Shown here piece by piece: positions 20,738 to 31,115 of a stretch of 64,000 bases of DNA. The notes below the pieces were generated by a model. The model was given only the letters and a program-made list of their open reading frames with translations. It did no database searches and was not told the DNA's origin. The stretch covers positions 128,001 to 192,000 of the forward strand of contig CAVUWV010000018.1 of the NCBI GenBank assembly GCA_963745075.1, written 5' to 3'. Both the position numbers and the translations under genes were made by a program. This DNA comes from Candidatus Hydrogenedentota bacterium (lineage in GTDB: Bacteria; Hydrogenedentota; Hydrogenedentia; Hydrogenedentales; SLHB01). Each line of letters opens with the position of its first letter. Within the stretch, counting starts at the first letter, position 1.

Positions 20738-21367
20738 TCAAAGTCCGAAGTGGCGCAAAACGAGTTGGACGCCTTCCTCGCCGAGCCAGATGATCCCTCC
20801 GTAGTAGATGAAGCAGGGCAACGCCGCGCCATACCCCAGCAACACAAAGAGGCCGTCGCGTTCGAGCAAACCGAGACCGGTCAGAAAGATTGGCAGGGCA
20901 ACGACGGTGTTGCTGAATGGCACGGGCAAAGGAACGGGAAGCGCCAGAAGAAGCGCCATCAGCAGGATATAGACCGCGTGACAACGGCGGACCCAGTGGG
21001 TGTTGGTCAATACGAGCCACCGCGGGCGCAGGAATTTTTCCAGGGTTTTCGACACACGAATCAGGCGGTGGACGATTCGTTGGAATCGCGCGGACGGGAT
21101 GGGGCGCTCGCGGAGAGACCTCGGTATCCACGGCGTTCGGCCGAGGGCAAGGAACAAACCGAGAAAGGCGAGGATTAGTCCGAACGGTCCCCCAAGAAAG
21201 GGCGGCGCGACCGGCAGGCTAAGCGGAAAACTGAACAACACGATCATCAGGGCGTGACCACGAACGGGGAACGGCTCCAGGATTTCGCCCAGATATACGT
21301 AGTCCTCACCGGCCCGCGAAAGTAACGTGTTGAGTTCGGCTGAAAGGGTTTCTGAAGGAGTTTTCAC
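20738..21367 (-). CDS. exoD: ExoD family exopolysaccharide synthesis membrane protein
   Basis: PWIP, EKFLRPR and LALPVPLPVPFSNTVVALPIFLTGLGLLERDG; start taken at GTG 21367 (ORF extends to 21439). Confidence 0.85.
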   Translation of the reverse strand: MKTPSETLSAELNTLLSRAGEDYVYLGEILEPFPVRGHALMIVLFSFPLSLPVAPPFLGGPFGLILAFLGLFLALGRTPWIPRSLRERPIPSARFQRIVHRLIRVSKTLEKFLRPRWLVLTNTHWVRRCHAVYILLMALLLALPVPLPVPFSNTVVALPIFLTGLGLLERDGLFVLLGYGAALPCFIYYGGIIWLGEEGVQLVLRHFGL

Positions 21368-21454
21368 TACGTGCCTGCCTCGAACTGAATCGCGGGGATT
21401 ATGCCTGTCAAACGCGCTATAAACAAGACGAAATGACACAAAGGAGAATGTTGG

Positions 21455-21961
21455 ATGAGCAACTCACACGTCGCACTGTATCGACAACAACTCGGCATGT
21501 GCCATAGCGAGACCAGCCGCGTCGCGGGAACGGTTCCCGAGAACGTTCGGTACCGGCAACTCGCGGAGGGCAAAGCGCACCCGCTGTGGTTGGTCGGGCA
21601 TTTGACGAATACCATCAACACGGTGGTCATTCGGTGGATGCTTGAGGATGACCAGATTATTCCGAAAGGTTTCGGGCGGCGATTCGCGCCCGACTTCGCG
21701 GGCGGCAATCCGATTACGAGCAACGCGGCCGATTATCCGGCGTGGAATGAAGTGGTGGACTTGTACGATCGCAGCATGAAGGCCGCGATCGACGGATTGG
21801 AAAAATTGACCGACGACGATCTTCCTCAGCCGCTGCGCGGTGATGTGCGGGAACAGATGCGCGACTTCTTCAGCAGCAATGGGAAAACGCTCAACATCAT
21901 GGTCCTTCACGACTCCTACCACCGCGGCCAGATCGGAATGTTGTCGAAGTTGAATGCGTAA
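21455..21961 (+). CDS. DinB family protein
   Basis: AAGGAG RBS; HPLWLVGHL and HDSYHRGQI histidine triad. Confidence 0.85.
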   Translation: MSNSHVALYRQQLGMCHSETSRVAGTVPENVRYRQLAEGKAHPLWLVGHLTNTINTVVIRWMLEDDQIIPKGFGRRFAPDFAGGNPITSNAADYPAWNEVVDLYDRSMKAAIDGLEKLTDDDLPQPLRGDVREQMRDFFSSNGKTLNIMVLHDSYHRGQIGMLSKLNA

Positions 21962-21964
21962 ACG

Positions 21965-22264
21965 TCATTCTGCGTCGTAAATCTGCACGCGGGACCAGAA
22001 CGACGAGAAGTTCTTGACGAAGGCAAGGTGCACTTCGTGTTCCTGATAAATATCGTGGCCGGAGATGTCTTCAAGCACGACGGTGAGCGCGAAGTCGTAG
22101 CTCGAATCCACGACTGGTCGCTCCGGCGTGGCGGCAGGCGTACCAATAAACATTTCCCGCACCGTCTCGATCGTCCGCAGGGATTCCAGTCCGCCGCGAA
22201 AGGCTTTGCGGTCGTCAGGGGTCAATTCGCTTTTCAGCCAGAAATACACACTGTGTACGAGCAT
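21965..22264 (-). CDS. Dabb (stress-responsive A/B barrel) protein
   Basis: MLVHSVYFWLK...VVDSSYDFAL...YQEHEVHLAFV...VQIYD. Confidence 0.85.
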   Translation of the reverse strand: MLVHSVYFWLKSELTPDDRKAFRGGLESLRTIETVREMFIGTPAATPERPVVDSSYDFALTVVLEDISGHDIYQEHEVHLAFVKNFSSFWSRVQIYDAE

Positions 22265-22365
22265 ACGGGTCTCCCGTTGGTACGATTTGGTCGTATCTGA
22301 GCGCCGAGAATACGACACGCAACACCGCTGCGGCAACCCTGACGCCTCGCTGGGGATTGACTCCA

Positions 22366-22394
22366 TTGACCCAGAATATGACGCGGGCTAGACT
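22366..22394 (+). promoter_or_regulatory. Putative sigma70 promoter for the GH36 gene
   Basis: TTGACC-17 nt-TAGACT about 60 nt upstream of ATG 22456. Confidence 0.55.
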
Positions 22395-22455
22395 GCTCTG
22401 CTATCGACGGTTTGGAGAATGCGGTAATTGAAGCGCTGCCAAAGGAGTACGACCT

Positions 22456-24840
22456 ATGAAGAAATACTGGATGGGAATCGTAATGATTGTTCTGTCCGTG
22501 CAGGTTTTGGCAGCGTCTCCCATGTACCGGCCGGCACAGGAATACCGGACGACGACGGCCGCATCGTATGAGATCGCGATTCAGAAGAACGGTCGCATCG
22601 ATGTCACGCTTCGGACGGGTGACCCCGTGTTCATGAACGTCTACCCCATGATCTGGTTTGCGGACGAGGACGAGCCGGAGCCGCTTGCCACCGACGGCCG
22701 GTACACGACGCGGGAGGAAGTCAACGATCGTCTGGGCAAAGGGCAGGGCGTGGTCATGGACTACAAGGGATGCGAATGGAACCATTGTGTCTATCCGACC
22801 GAGCCTTACTTCACCGTGCAAGTCGCGTATACAAACACGTCGAAAAAACCGATTCGCATCAAGGCGCTCTACCCCTGGGTGACCGGCGGAACGCTCGGCC
22901 TGGGAAAGAATGCGATGAGCGGGGTTACGTTGGGCCTGAATACGACCGACAGCGTGACGCTGCAAGGCGGGAAGCAGTTTCCGGGGGATGTGACCATGCC
23001 GGACCTCGTCCGCGGACCGGTACGTTCGATGTGGAACATGGGAACGTACAACGCCGTGACCGGCCGGTCCCTCATCGCGGGCTTCCTGGTTGACACTACC
23101 GCATATACGCGCATTGAGATGGCCGATCCGGTGAACCGCGAGGGGGAATTGAGCCGATATGAAACCTTCACCGCAGAATGCGTCTACGATCCGCCGGTCG
23201 AGTTAGCTCCGGGCCAGAAGCTGGTGTCCGAACCGTTGTATCTGGCCGTCGCCGAATCCAACCCGCTCGAAGGGCTGGAGCGTTTTGGGAAAGCCATGGC
23301 ACTGGCCAACAACGTGAGCCCAGCAAAGCCGTTCATTCCCCATGGCTGGGATTCGTGGAGCACGTCGTTTCGCACCGACATCAATGAATCGAGGATGATC
23401 GAGAACCTCGATTTCGTGGCGAAGCATCTCAAGCGGTACGGATGGGATCACTTCGCCATTGATGATGGATGGCAGATCGCGCTGGGCGACTGGGACGCCA
23501 GTCCGGAGCGGTTCCCGAACGGGATGAAAGCCATGGCGGATCGCATTCACGAAAAAGGCATGACGGCAGGACTGTGGATCGCGCCCTTTAAGGTCGACGT
23601 TAATTCGCATCTGGCCCGGGAACATCCGGAGTGGCTAGTAGGGCCGGGCGATCAGGGGCGCCTGGTCGTCGGGAAAGACGAACGCATCCTCGACGTGACC
23701 ATTCCGGAAGCGTATGTGTGGGCCCGGGATACGGCGGCGAAAATCGGCAACGAGTGGGGCTTTGACGCCCTTGTCGAAACGGACTACATCTATTATCTCA
23801 CGCTGGCCGAATCCTATTCGCGTCCGGACATGACGCGCGTCGAGGTGATGCGCTTGGGCATGCAGGCCCTGCGGGATGGTTTGGGCGACCGAAAGTTTAT
23901 TATGGGACTGCCGCCAATGCCCATAAACGGAGTCTACACACAAGGTATGCGACTGGGCACGGACTGCGCGCCGGTTTGGCGGCAAGTCCCTGGCGAGTGG
24001 CCGTTTGGCTGTGTGGATACCCTGACGAACGCGGCGCGCCGGTATTACTTCGCGCCGTGGATGTGGAGTCCGGATCAAGACTGCGCGTTCTTTGCGAAGG
24101 AATCTACCCGGAAACGGTGGGACGTTTCAGACCAACCGGAACTGACGTTGGACCAAAGTGTGGCGTGGCTGACGGGCGCGGCCTTGACGGGCGGCGCGAT
24201 CAAGATTGGCGACCGGTTCACGGAATTGACCAACCAAGAGGTTGACGTTCTGCGCCGCCTCCTCCCCACGCTGCATCGTCCGGCCCGCCCGGTGGACTTG
24301 CTGACGAGTGACAATCCGCGGATTTGGTCGTTGCCCATCCAGTGCGATATCGGCGACTGGTCTGTCGTGGGCTTGTTCAACTGGAACGAGTCCAGTGCCC
24401 AGACCGTCGATGTGAACTTCCGGGATTTGGGTTTGGTCAACGGGAAGTACTACACGGTGTACGGTTTCTGGAACGAGACCTATTACGGGACGGCATCCGG
24501 CCGACTGTCCGTGTCTGTCCCGCCGGGAAGCGTGCGTCTGCTGTGTTTGCGTCCGTACGAGGATCGGCCGATGTTTCTTTCGACCGACCGGCACTACTCG
24601 CAGGGGGCGACCGATTTCACAGCACTCGATTGGGACGCGCAACGGCGCATGCTGACCGGCACATTCGACGGGATTGCGGATACTGCCTACACGCTACGCG
24701 TTCTGGCACCGTCGCCTTACGAGATGAAACAGGTCGCCGTATCCTGCGGAGACGCGACGACGCGGATGGACGACCGCGTGCTGGTCATACGATTCCACTG
24801 CGACGAGGCCGGTCCGGTGAACTGGCAAGTAGAATTCTAG
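22456..24840 (+). CDS. Secreted alpha-galactosidase-like glycoside hydrolase (GH36)
   Basis: AAGGAG RBS; GWDSW, FAIDDGWQ, RFPNGMK, AGLWIAPF and MRLGTDC. Confidence 0.85.
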   Translation: MKKYWMGIVMIVLSVQVLAASPMYRPAQEYRTTTAASYEIAIQKNGRIDVTLRTGDPVFMNVYPMIWFADEDEPEPLATDGRYTTREEVNDRLGKGQGVVMDYKGCEWNHCVYPTEPYFTVQVAYTNTSKKPIRIKALYPWVTGGTLGLGKNAMSGVTLGLNTTDSVTLQGGKQFPGDVTMPDLVRGPVRSMWNMGTYNAVTGRSLIAGFLVDTTAYTRIEMADPVNREGELSRYETFTAECVYDPPVELAPGQKLVSEPLYLAVAESNPLEGLERFGKAMALANNVSPAKPFIPHGWDSWSTSFRTDINESRMIENLDFVAKHLKRYGWDHFAIDDGWQIALGDWDASPERFPNGMKAMADRIHEKGMTAGLWIAPFKVDVNSHLAREHPEWLVGPGDQGRLVVGKDERILDVTIPEAYVWARDTAAKIGNEWGFDALVETDYIYYLTLAESYSRPDMTRVEVMRLGMQALRDGLGDRKFIMGLPPMPINGVYTQGMRLGTDCAPVWRQVPGEWPFGCVDTLTNAARRYYFAPWMWSPDQDCAFFAKESTRKRWDVSDQPELTLDQSVAWLTGAALTGGAIKIGDRFTELTNQEVDVLRRLLPTLHRPARPVDLLTSDNPRIWSLPIQCDIGDWSVVGLFNWNESSAQTVDVNFRDLGLVNGKYYTVYGFWNETYYGTASGRLSVSVPPGSVRLLCLRPYEDRPMFLSTDRHYSQGATDFTALDWDAQRRMLTGTFDGIADTAYTLRVLAPSPYEMKQVAVSCGDATTRMDDRVLVIRFHCDEAGPVNWQVEF

Positions 24841-24874
24841 AACTTTAACACCCCCCCTATCGTTTCCGACCGTT

Positions 24875-24938
24875 GTGGTGCGGGCATCCCTGCGAGCCGA
24901 CGCCATCAGACCAAAAGCAGTCAGGATGGCCGCACCGC
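24875..24938. repeat. REP-like imperfect inverted repeat between convergent genes
   Basis: gtggtgcgggcatccctgc ... gcagtcaggatggccgcaccgc. Confidence 0.6.
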
Positions 24939-24968
24939 AATTTGACCACGTGGTTTTGTTTGAGGTGC

Positions 24969-26114
24969 TTAGTTCTTCAGCTTCTTCCGGGTGAGACGGT
25001 GGATTTCCCACGCGATGGCGCAATTCACGATACCGGACGGCGGCAGTATGGGAATGTCGTATCCTTCGAGCGTGACGCATGCGTCCGACCAGGGCCACAT
25101 GGGATCGATCCAGAGGACGCCGGGGTCGTTGACGTAATCGCGATTTCGCAGAATATCCACGTAGACCACCCGCGCGCCGGCCTCGCGACCCGCTTTGAGT
25201 AATCCGTTCGGGGGATGCTGGTAGCCGATATGGATCAGCACGTCCCCTTTGGAATACTTATCATCGGGCGTTTTCAGATAGGAGAACCCCGAGTTCCAGA
25301 CCCCGGACTGAAAATCCTTTCCAATTTCGGTGTGCTGGATTTCGTCGGGAACGAAGTGGCCCATGCCGTACATGATGACGTGATGGCCGTCGTTGAGCGC
25401 GTCCGCCGCCCAGGTCGCGGCTTCGTTGAAACCGTCGCGGTCTTCCTGGTCCGCGCGGAGGAGGATCGCCTTTACACCGTCCGCGTATCGGTTTCCGAGC
25501 ACGCCCGCGGTGATAGGCGGTACATCATTTTTTTCATGCCAAAATACGCCTTCGCGCTGATATTTGTAGATGCGCGGGAACCCGCCGGGCAGTCCGATTG
25601 TTTCGTACATGACCGGCATCTTGTCGAGCCGCGTGAGGGCGCCGACCAGTTCGGCGGAGAATATCCATGCCGGAATGAGATTGGCGAGGGTCGGCGAGAC
25701 ATCCGCATCGGCGGCATGATTCGGGAACCATGGCGGGTCGTTGCTCGCGGGTTGCGAGCCGAAGCCTATCACTAGAGCGCCCGAGCCGGTAATGTTTGCG
25801 GGAACTTCCACCCCGGGCTCGCCCCCGAATAAGACGACATCTCCCGCTTGGGGCGTGTTGTTGCCGAGGTTCTTGATGAGCATGATTCCGCCGGCGCGAC
25901 CCGACAACTCGCTCACCCACGCCGGGTAACCCGCCGCCCATAGCGCGCCGCCATCCGCCAATCGCTTCGCGGCGGCGTCGGCCGGCGCCTTCATGTCGGG
26001 GATGTCGGCCCGGCATGCGTGGAGAGCGGCCACGGTACGTGTGAGATAGGATGAATCAGGCTCGGCGTGAGCCGCGACGGCCAACGCGGTAAACATCAGA
26101 GTCCATCGAACCAT
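24969..26114 (-). CDS. Exported hypothetical protein with two degenerate SIS-like (sugar isomerase) domains
   Basis: Signal peptide ending AHA; AAKRLADGGALWAAG..ELSGRAGG and AADALNDGHHVIMYGMGH; PPSG near the C-terminus. Confidence 0.55.
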   Translation of the reverse strand: MVRWTLMFTALAVAAHAEPDSSYLTRTVAALHACRADIPDMKAPADAAAKRLADGGALWAAGYPAWVSELSGRAGGIMLIKNLGNNTPQAGDVVLFGGEPGVEVPANITGSGALVIGFGSQPASNDPPWFPNHAADADVSPTLANLIPAWIFSAELVGALTRLDKMPVMYETIGLPGGFPRIYKYQREGVFWHEKNDVPPITAGVLGNRYADGVKAILLRADQEDRDGFNEAATWAADALNDGHHVIMYGMGHFVPDEIQHTEIGKDFQSGVWNSGFSYLKTPDDKYSKGDVLIHIGYQHPPNGLLKAGREAGARVVYVDILRNRDYVNDPGVLWIDPMWPWSDACVTLEGYDIPILPPSGIVNCAIAWEIHRLTRKKLKN

Positions 26115-26166
26115 GGGGATTTCCTCTCATTGCTATGTCCGATTGATGTGAGTTTCGGAGAATGGT

Positions 26167-26859
26167 CTACCGCTCGACGGTAATCCGAAGCGTACCCGGA
26201 AACTCCGCCTGAATCTGGCCAATCAGATCTTCAACCGTTTGCTTGCGGCGGGACAAGATGTCGAAGGTCATATCCGTGCGTTGCGTCTCATCGTCGTCCG
26301 TAACGCGCAAGCGTGCCGCCATAACGACATAGCCCTGGCGCTCAATAAATCGCTCGAGATCGTTGATGCGTTTGGTCCCTCCCGCAACCCGTACGCTCAA
26401 GGCAAATTGCACTTGTTCGGGCAAGAGGGCGCCGACGCGTTCGAGAAGAAGAACGGAGAGCAGGGCGAAGACGGTAGCAATGACGGCCAAGGCGTAGTAC
26501 CCGACGCCGATGGCAATCCCGAGCACGGCGACGAACCACAACATGGCCGCGGTGGTGAGACCACGGTGGATGCTGCCCTGGTTGATGATGGTGCCGGCGC
26601 CGATAAAACCGATGCCGGTTACGATGCCCGCGGCGATACGTCCCCGGTCGAGCCAGACGTGGGCATCGCTGTTGTTCCACTCGGCGGCGAGGATGTCGGA
26701 CACGACCATCGCCAAGGTGGCACCGAGACAGACGATGACGTGGGTGCGTAGACCGGCGGCCCGGCCTTTCCGTTCGCGTTCCAGGCCCAGCGCGCCCGAA
26801 AGCGCCAACGCCAACGCAAACTTGCCCGCATAATCGAGCGTATCTGTTGGAAATTGCAC
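26167..26859 (-). CDS. MgtC/SapB family membrane protein
   Basis: GLERE, AGLRTH, RIAAGIVTGIGFIGAGTI and GLTTAA; start at GTG 26859. Confidence 0.9.
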   Translation of the reverse strand: MQFPTDTLDYAGKFALALALSGALGLERERKGRAAGLRTHVIVCLGATLAMVVSDILAAEWNNSDAHVWLDRGRIAAGIVTGIGFIGAGTIINQGSIHRGLTTAAMLWFVAVLGIAIGVGYYALAVIATVFALLSVLLLERVGALLPEQVQFALSVRVAGGTKRINDLERFIERQGYVVMAARLRVTDDDETQRTDMTFDILSRRKQTVEDLIGQIQAEFPGTLRITVER

Positions 26860-26925
26860 GTGACATCCTCGCGAGACGCTCGGCTGCTGCCACGCAGCGA
26901 GTCGCCGCAACTTTGACGAAACGTT

Positions 26926-29496
26926 TTATCTCAAGATCGTATTGAACTCGTTCTTCTTCTCTTCGACGGGCGCCGTCCCAACCTTGGCGCGGCGCTGCTC
27001 GATTTCCGGTCCGGTGGCGCCGCGCTTCTCGGCTTCGTCGAGGTATCGGCGCGCGGCGGACAGATTGTCGCTGGCAACGGCGATGTCGCACAGCACCAGC
27101 CACGGTGCGGGGCTGTCCGGATACTTCTGGGTAGCCTCATTCAGGTATTGATCGGCGAGAGACACCGCCTTCATCGACATGGCGATCTTGGCCAGACTCA
27201 CGAGAGGCAGCGCCGCTTCCGGGGTTTTTCCTGCGGCGGCTTCCAAATACGCGCGCGCGGCATTCCACCGGCCCATCGCGCCGCAGCGCTGGGCCAATTG
27301 CATCCACGCAGAAGGTTGACCGGCTTCCGTTGCAGGGGCCTGTGGCCAATGATTCAGGAAACCCTGCTCATCCTCCGCCATAGCGCGACAAACGCCCATC
27401 ACTATCCACGCTTTCGCGTCGCCGGGGTGGTCGGCCAGCATCTGCGATAAGAGGTACGAGGCCTGAATCAATTGTCCCCGGCCCAGCAGCACCTCTGCTT
27501 CCAGTTGCATTCCTTCCAGGCTTTGAGGGTCCCTCTGGAGCTGCGTGCGTGCTTGCTGCTCCAATTTGTTCAGGGCGGTCATGGTGCGACGTACGTTTTC
27601 GAGTTGTTTCTCGGCAGGCGCGTACTTCGTAGTGGAAACGATATCGCGTAGTTCTTTTTCCGCAGCATCGAGATCCCCCGTTGCTCCCAACAATGCGGCC
27701 AACTGCGTTCGTAGCTCGGGCGGCAACGTGCCCAATTGTTCCGCGCGCCGGAAGTAATCGATGGCGAGGAGCCGGTCATTCATCCCGCCGGTGGTGTTCG
27801 CCCGTGCCAAGAGGTTTAACGCGAGCTGCGCGGTGTAGTCGAAGTTGCCGGGGTCGCGCCACAGGGCGTCGCGAATCAAATCGACGGCGTCGTCGCGCTT
27901 GCCGAGAAAGCTCGCGCACCGGCCCAGCAGATATAGAGTTTCCGCGTTTTCAGGATTCCGCTCCCGGGCAGTGGACAGGCTGTCTTGCGCGGCGATGAAG
28001 AGTTGCTGCGCTTCTTCCTCCTTGCCTGCGGCGGCGGGTTTCTGTCCTTTCTGGGCGAGGTCAGCTCCTTCTCGGATCGCGTCGACCGCCTTGTCGTAGT
28101 AGAGTTGCCCGAGACGTTCCAAGGGGAACGCAGCCGTCTGCGTATCGATCGCGGCGTCCTGCCAGAGGGACTGGGGATCCAGCCAGACGCGATTGCGCAG
28201 AAACGTGCCCGAGCCGGACGCGATGAGCAAGATGACGGCGGCTGCCGCTGCTGCGAGTTGTGTCACGCGTTGGGCCGAGGCCTTCGCGACGAGCCATGGT
28301 ACAACCATGACCAAACCGCACAGGGGAAAGTAAAGTCCGCGCTCGGAAAACGGTGCGGAGGCGGAAAAGGATAATGTGGTCCATGCGAGCCCCGCGACAA
28401 ACCAGAGTAGTCCCAATCCCACCATGGAACGATAGGTGATGAAGAGGACGGCCACTCCCAGGATAACCATGCCAGTCAGCAGGGTCAGTCCGGCGTGAAC
28501 GGATTGATCGCGGACGATATCGCTCGAAACGCGCGGCGGTAGGTTGTGGTCCACCGTAAGCGCGGTCGGACTGAGCGTTGATTCGAGCCCGTCCATGAAA
28601 GCTGCGGCCCGGTCAACATTGGTCGCTTGGGGGGCAGAACTGACCAACTCTTGGAAATCGGGGGTACGGGGCTGGCCTGCAAACCAGACGACGAGTAGCA
28701 CCCCAAGCAGGCCCCAATAAGCCGCGTGGACGACGACCCGGCGTAAAGCGTGCCTACCATGCAGAATCCAGTCGACGACCAGAACGAACACCGGAATCAG
28801 CGCCGCCACGTGGTTGCAGTACCAAGCCAAAAGCATGCTCGACAGCGACAAGGCGAGCGGACCGATTCCGAATCCTTCTTCACGTTCGGACGCACGAACG
28901 AAGAGCAGAATCGCGAGCAAGGAGAAAAAGGCCAGTAACAATCCCGACCGTCCCACAACATAATCCACGCTCTCGGTAGCCACGGGGTTCAGCGCGACAA
29001 ACAAACCGGCAAGCATAGGAACGGGTTCGGGAGTCCCTCGGGGCAACAAGCGCCTGCAAACCAGAAAGACCAACAGCGCGTTCAATGCGTGCAACAGAAT
29101 ATTGATCGCGTGGAAAAGACCGGGACTTCCGCCGGAAATTACCCAGTTTGCCGCGTAGGTCAGCATCGGCAGCGGAGCGGACGGCTGGACGCTTAATGCT
29201 TGCGGTACCGTAGCGATCCGATGGGCGTTCGCGTTGTCCACAATGACCCGCTGGTCCAGGTAATGGAATGGGATCGAAAATGCGTTTGAATAGGCGATGA
29301 CGGCGACGATTAAAACCAGAAAGCCGGCAATCCAGACTTGGGCCGTATCGATCCCTTGAAGTCCTTCGAAACCCGGTTTCGTTTCGGGTTCCTCCGGGGC
29401 GGCGGGTTCGAATTCCGGCGACGCCGGTTCAGCCTCCGAAGTATTTTGCTCCGGCTCCTCGGGAGCCGTTTCTTCGTCGCGTGGATCCTCAGCCAC
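26926..29496 (-). CDS. TMTC-like GT-C membrane protein with C-terminal TPR repeats
   Basis: FHAINILLHALNALLVF, NPVATESVDYVVGR, SERGLYFP and RNRVW...LWQD, followed by many TPRs. Confidence 0.8.
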   Translation of the reverse strand: MAEDPRDEETAPEEPEQNTSEAEPASPEFEPAAPEEPETKPGFEGLQGIDTAQVWIAGFLVLIVAVIAYSNAFSIPFHYLDQRVIVDNANAHRIATVPQALSVQPSAPLPMLTYAANWVISGGSPGLFHAINILLHALNALLVFLVCRRLLPRGTPEPVPMLAGLFVALNPVATESVDYVVGRSGLLLAFFSLLAILLFVRASEREEGFGIGPLALSLSSMLLAWYCNHVAALIPVFVLVVDWILHGRHALRRVVVHAAYWGLLGVLLVVWFAGQPRTPDFQELVSSAPQATNVDRAAAFMDGLESTLSPTALTVDHNLPPRVSSDIVRDQSVHAGLTLLTGMVILGVAVLFITYRSMVGLGLLWFVAGLAWTTLSFSASAPFSERGLYFPLCGLVMVVPWLVAKASAQRVTQLAAAAAAVILLIASGSGTFLRNRVWLDPQSLWQDAAIDTQTAAFPLERLGQLYYDKAVDAIREGADLAQKGQKPAAAGKEEEAQQLFIAAQDSLSTARERNPENAETLYLLGRCASFLGKRDDAVDLIRDALWRDPGNFDYTAQLALNLLARANTTGGMNDRLLAIDYFRRAEQLGTLPPELRTQLAALLGATGDLDAAEKELRDIVSTTKYAPAEKQLENVRRTMTALNKLEQQARTQLQRDPQSLEGMQLEAEVLLGRGQLIQASYLLSQMLADHPGDAKAWIVMGVCRAMAEDEQGFLNHWPQAPATEAGQPSAWMQLAQRCGAMGRWNAARAYLEAAAGKTPEAALPLVSLAKIAMSMKAVSLADQYLNEATQKYPDSPAPWLVLCDIAVASDNLSAARRYLDEAEKRGATGPEIEQRRAKVGTAPVEEKKNEFNTILR

Positions 29497-29599
29497 TGGT
29501 ATTCGTCCTTCACAATTCGTTGCCAGGAATAAATTCTTCTATTGCCCGTAGATTGCGCAGTATAGTCCAATTGGGAGCCGGGATAAAATGCGGTGGTCC

Positions 29600-31048
29600 T
29601 CATGAGCAACGTCGACGGAAGGCGGTCACGAGCAGAATCATCCCCATCCCTATCGTGGCAAAGGCTGCCACCGGCTCCCAATGCGGAACTGCCCTGCGGA
29701 GTTGGAGCACGGCCGACTTGTCCGACGTAAGCCGGGTGGGGTGTTGCGTGATGTCCCATCCAGCAATCTGGAGTTCATCATCCGGATCGAGGGTTACAGT
29801 TACCGGCGGCTTTCCGCCAGGTTCGTAGACGGCAATCGAAAACCGGACCTTTGAAGGGGTGACGGCGGGTTCAAAGCGAATGGTTGCGCCGTCGCAGGTG
29901 ACTGCGCCGTGTTCGGGAACGCGCAATTGCCGATCCGGAGAGTGGGCGACGACCTCATATAGCGTAGATTCATCCGGACCGATCGCGGTCGCGGAAGGAA
30001 GGACTTCGTCCAAACGCACGGTGAGGCTGGAATCCGGCGACGACCAGGTTTCGCCTTTGGCAAGGTGCGCATCCGCGATCCATTCGCCGTTCCGCGACAG
30101 CCGAACCTGCGCCTTGCCGGGCTCCCACGCGGCGACATGGAGAATCAACGGCAATCGGGTCAGGTCTTCGAATCGGACGGGGCAGTCCTGGGGAACTTCG
30201 TTGAGGGCGATCCAGCGATGTTCGGATATCCCGTGTCGGTCGATGGCAACTTCGATCGCGGACGTGGGTCCGTCGACACCCGGGTGGTTGTCGTTACGGC
30301 GAATCAGCGTGACGGAGGAGCCGTCCTCCATGGCGAGTCCCGAGCCGGGTTGAAAGGATGACAGCCATTCGGTGGTATCGCCTTCGGCCACGCCCCAACG
30401 GGCAAGGTCACCTTTCGCGGTACTGTCCGAAAGGCTCTGCTCGGCGGCGCCCGGTGAATCGACCCACGCAAAGTGCAAAGCGGTCCGATCAGCGAGACGG
30501 ACCCATGCGCCGTTCGGAACGACAACGGAGTCGGTCGGCAGTTCCGTCCCGCCGACGGCGACGGTCAGAGCGGCCATGGGAGGATTGCCCGGGGCGGCGA
30601 CCAGCCCGCGCCAGGGTCGCACGTTTTCGATAGTGAATCGTTGCGCACCGATGCGGAAACCCGTGCCGGGAGCGGCATTCACGCGCTGCACGCCAGCCGG
30701 CGTTTTGATGGATAGGGTTCCTTGGAGCGCATGCGGTGTGATGGTTTTGCCCTTGGTGATCGCAATCGCGAAGGGCAGCGCGGCCACGTCGTAGTACTGG
30801 TTTTCGTCGATCCAGCCCGATGCGTTGGAAGGCGCGGCAAAGGGGATGTGTTTCCCCAGCATTCGTTCTACGCGCGCCTTCCACGGCGCCTGCGCTTCGG
30901 AAGGGAGGGCGATTGCGACCGCTTCGGCGGTTTCGGTTTGAATGCGGATGTCGCCGGTAAAGGTTTGATGCCAGGTGTAGACGAGGCCACTTGTGCCGGC
31001 AGCAACGCACATTACGGCGAGAGCGGCTTGCAGGTACGGTCGAACCAT
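29600..31048 (-). CDS. Hypothetical protein with N- and C-terminal TM helices (weakly ResB-like)
   Basis: 482 aa; large beta-rich region between two TM helices. Confidence 0.55.
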   Translation of the reverse strand: MVRPYLQAALAVMCVAAGTSGLVYTWHQTFTGDIRIQTETAEAVAIALPSEAQAPWKARVERMLGKHIPFAAPSNASGWIDENQYYDVAALPFAIAITKGKTITPHALQGTLSIKTPAGVQRVNAAPGTGFRIGAQRFTIENVRPWRGLVAAPGNPPMAALTVAVGGTELPTDSVVVPNGAWVRLADRTALHFAWVDSPGAAEQSLSDSTAKGDLARWGVAEGDTTEWLSSFQPGSGLAMEDGSSVTLIRRNDNHPGVDGPTSAIEVAIDRHGISEHRWIALNEVPQDCPVRFEDLTRLPLILHVAAWEPGKAQVRLSRNGEWIADAHLAKGETWSSPDSSLTVRLDEVLPSATAIGPDESTLYEVVAHSPDRQLRVPEHGAVTCDGATIRFEPAVTPSKVRFSIAVYEPGGKPPVTVTLDPDDELQIAGWDITQHPTRLTSDKSAVLQLRRAVPHWEPVAAFATIGMGMILLVTAFRRRCS

Positions 31049-31115
31049 GATGGGTGAACGCGATCCATGGGGGTGTTATCTGCGCGAAGTTTTGATGACA
31101 ACGCTATTGTCGCAA

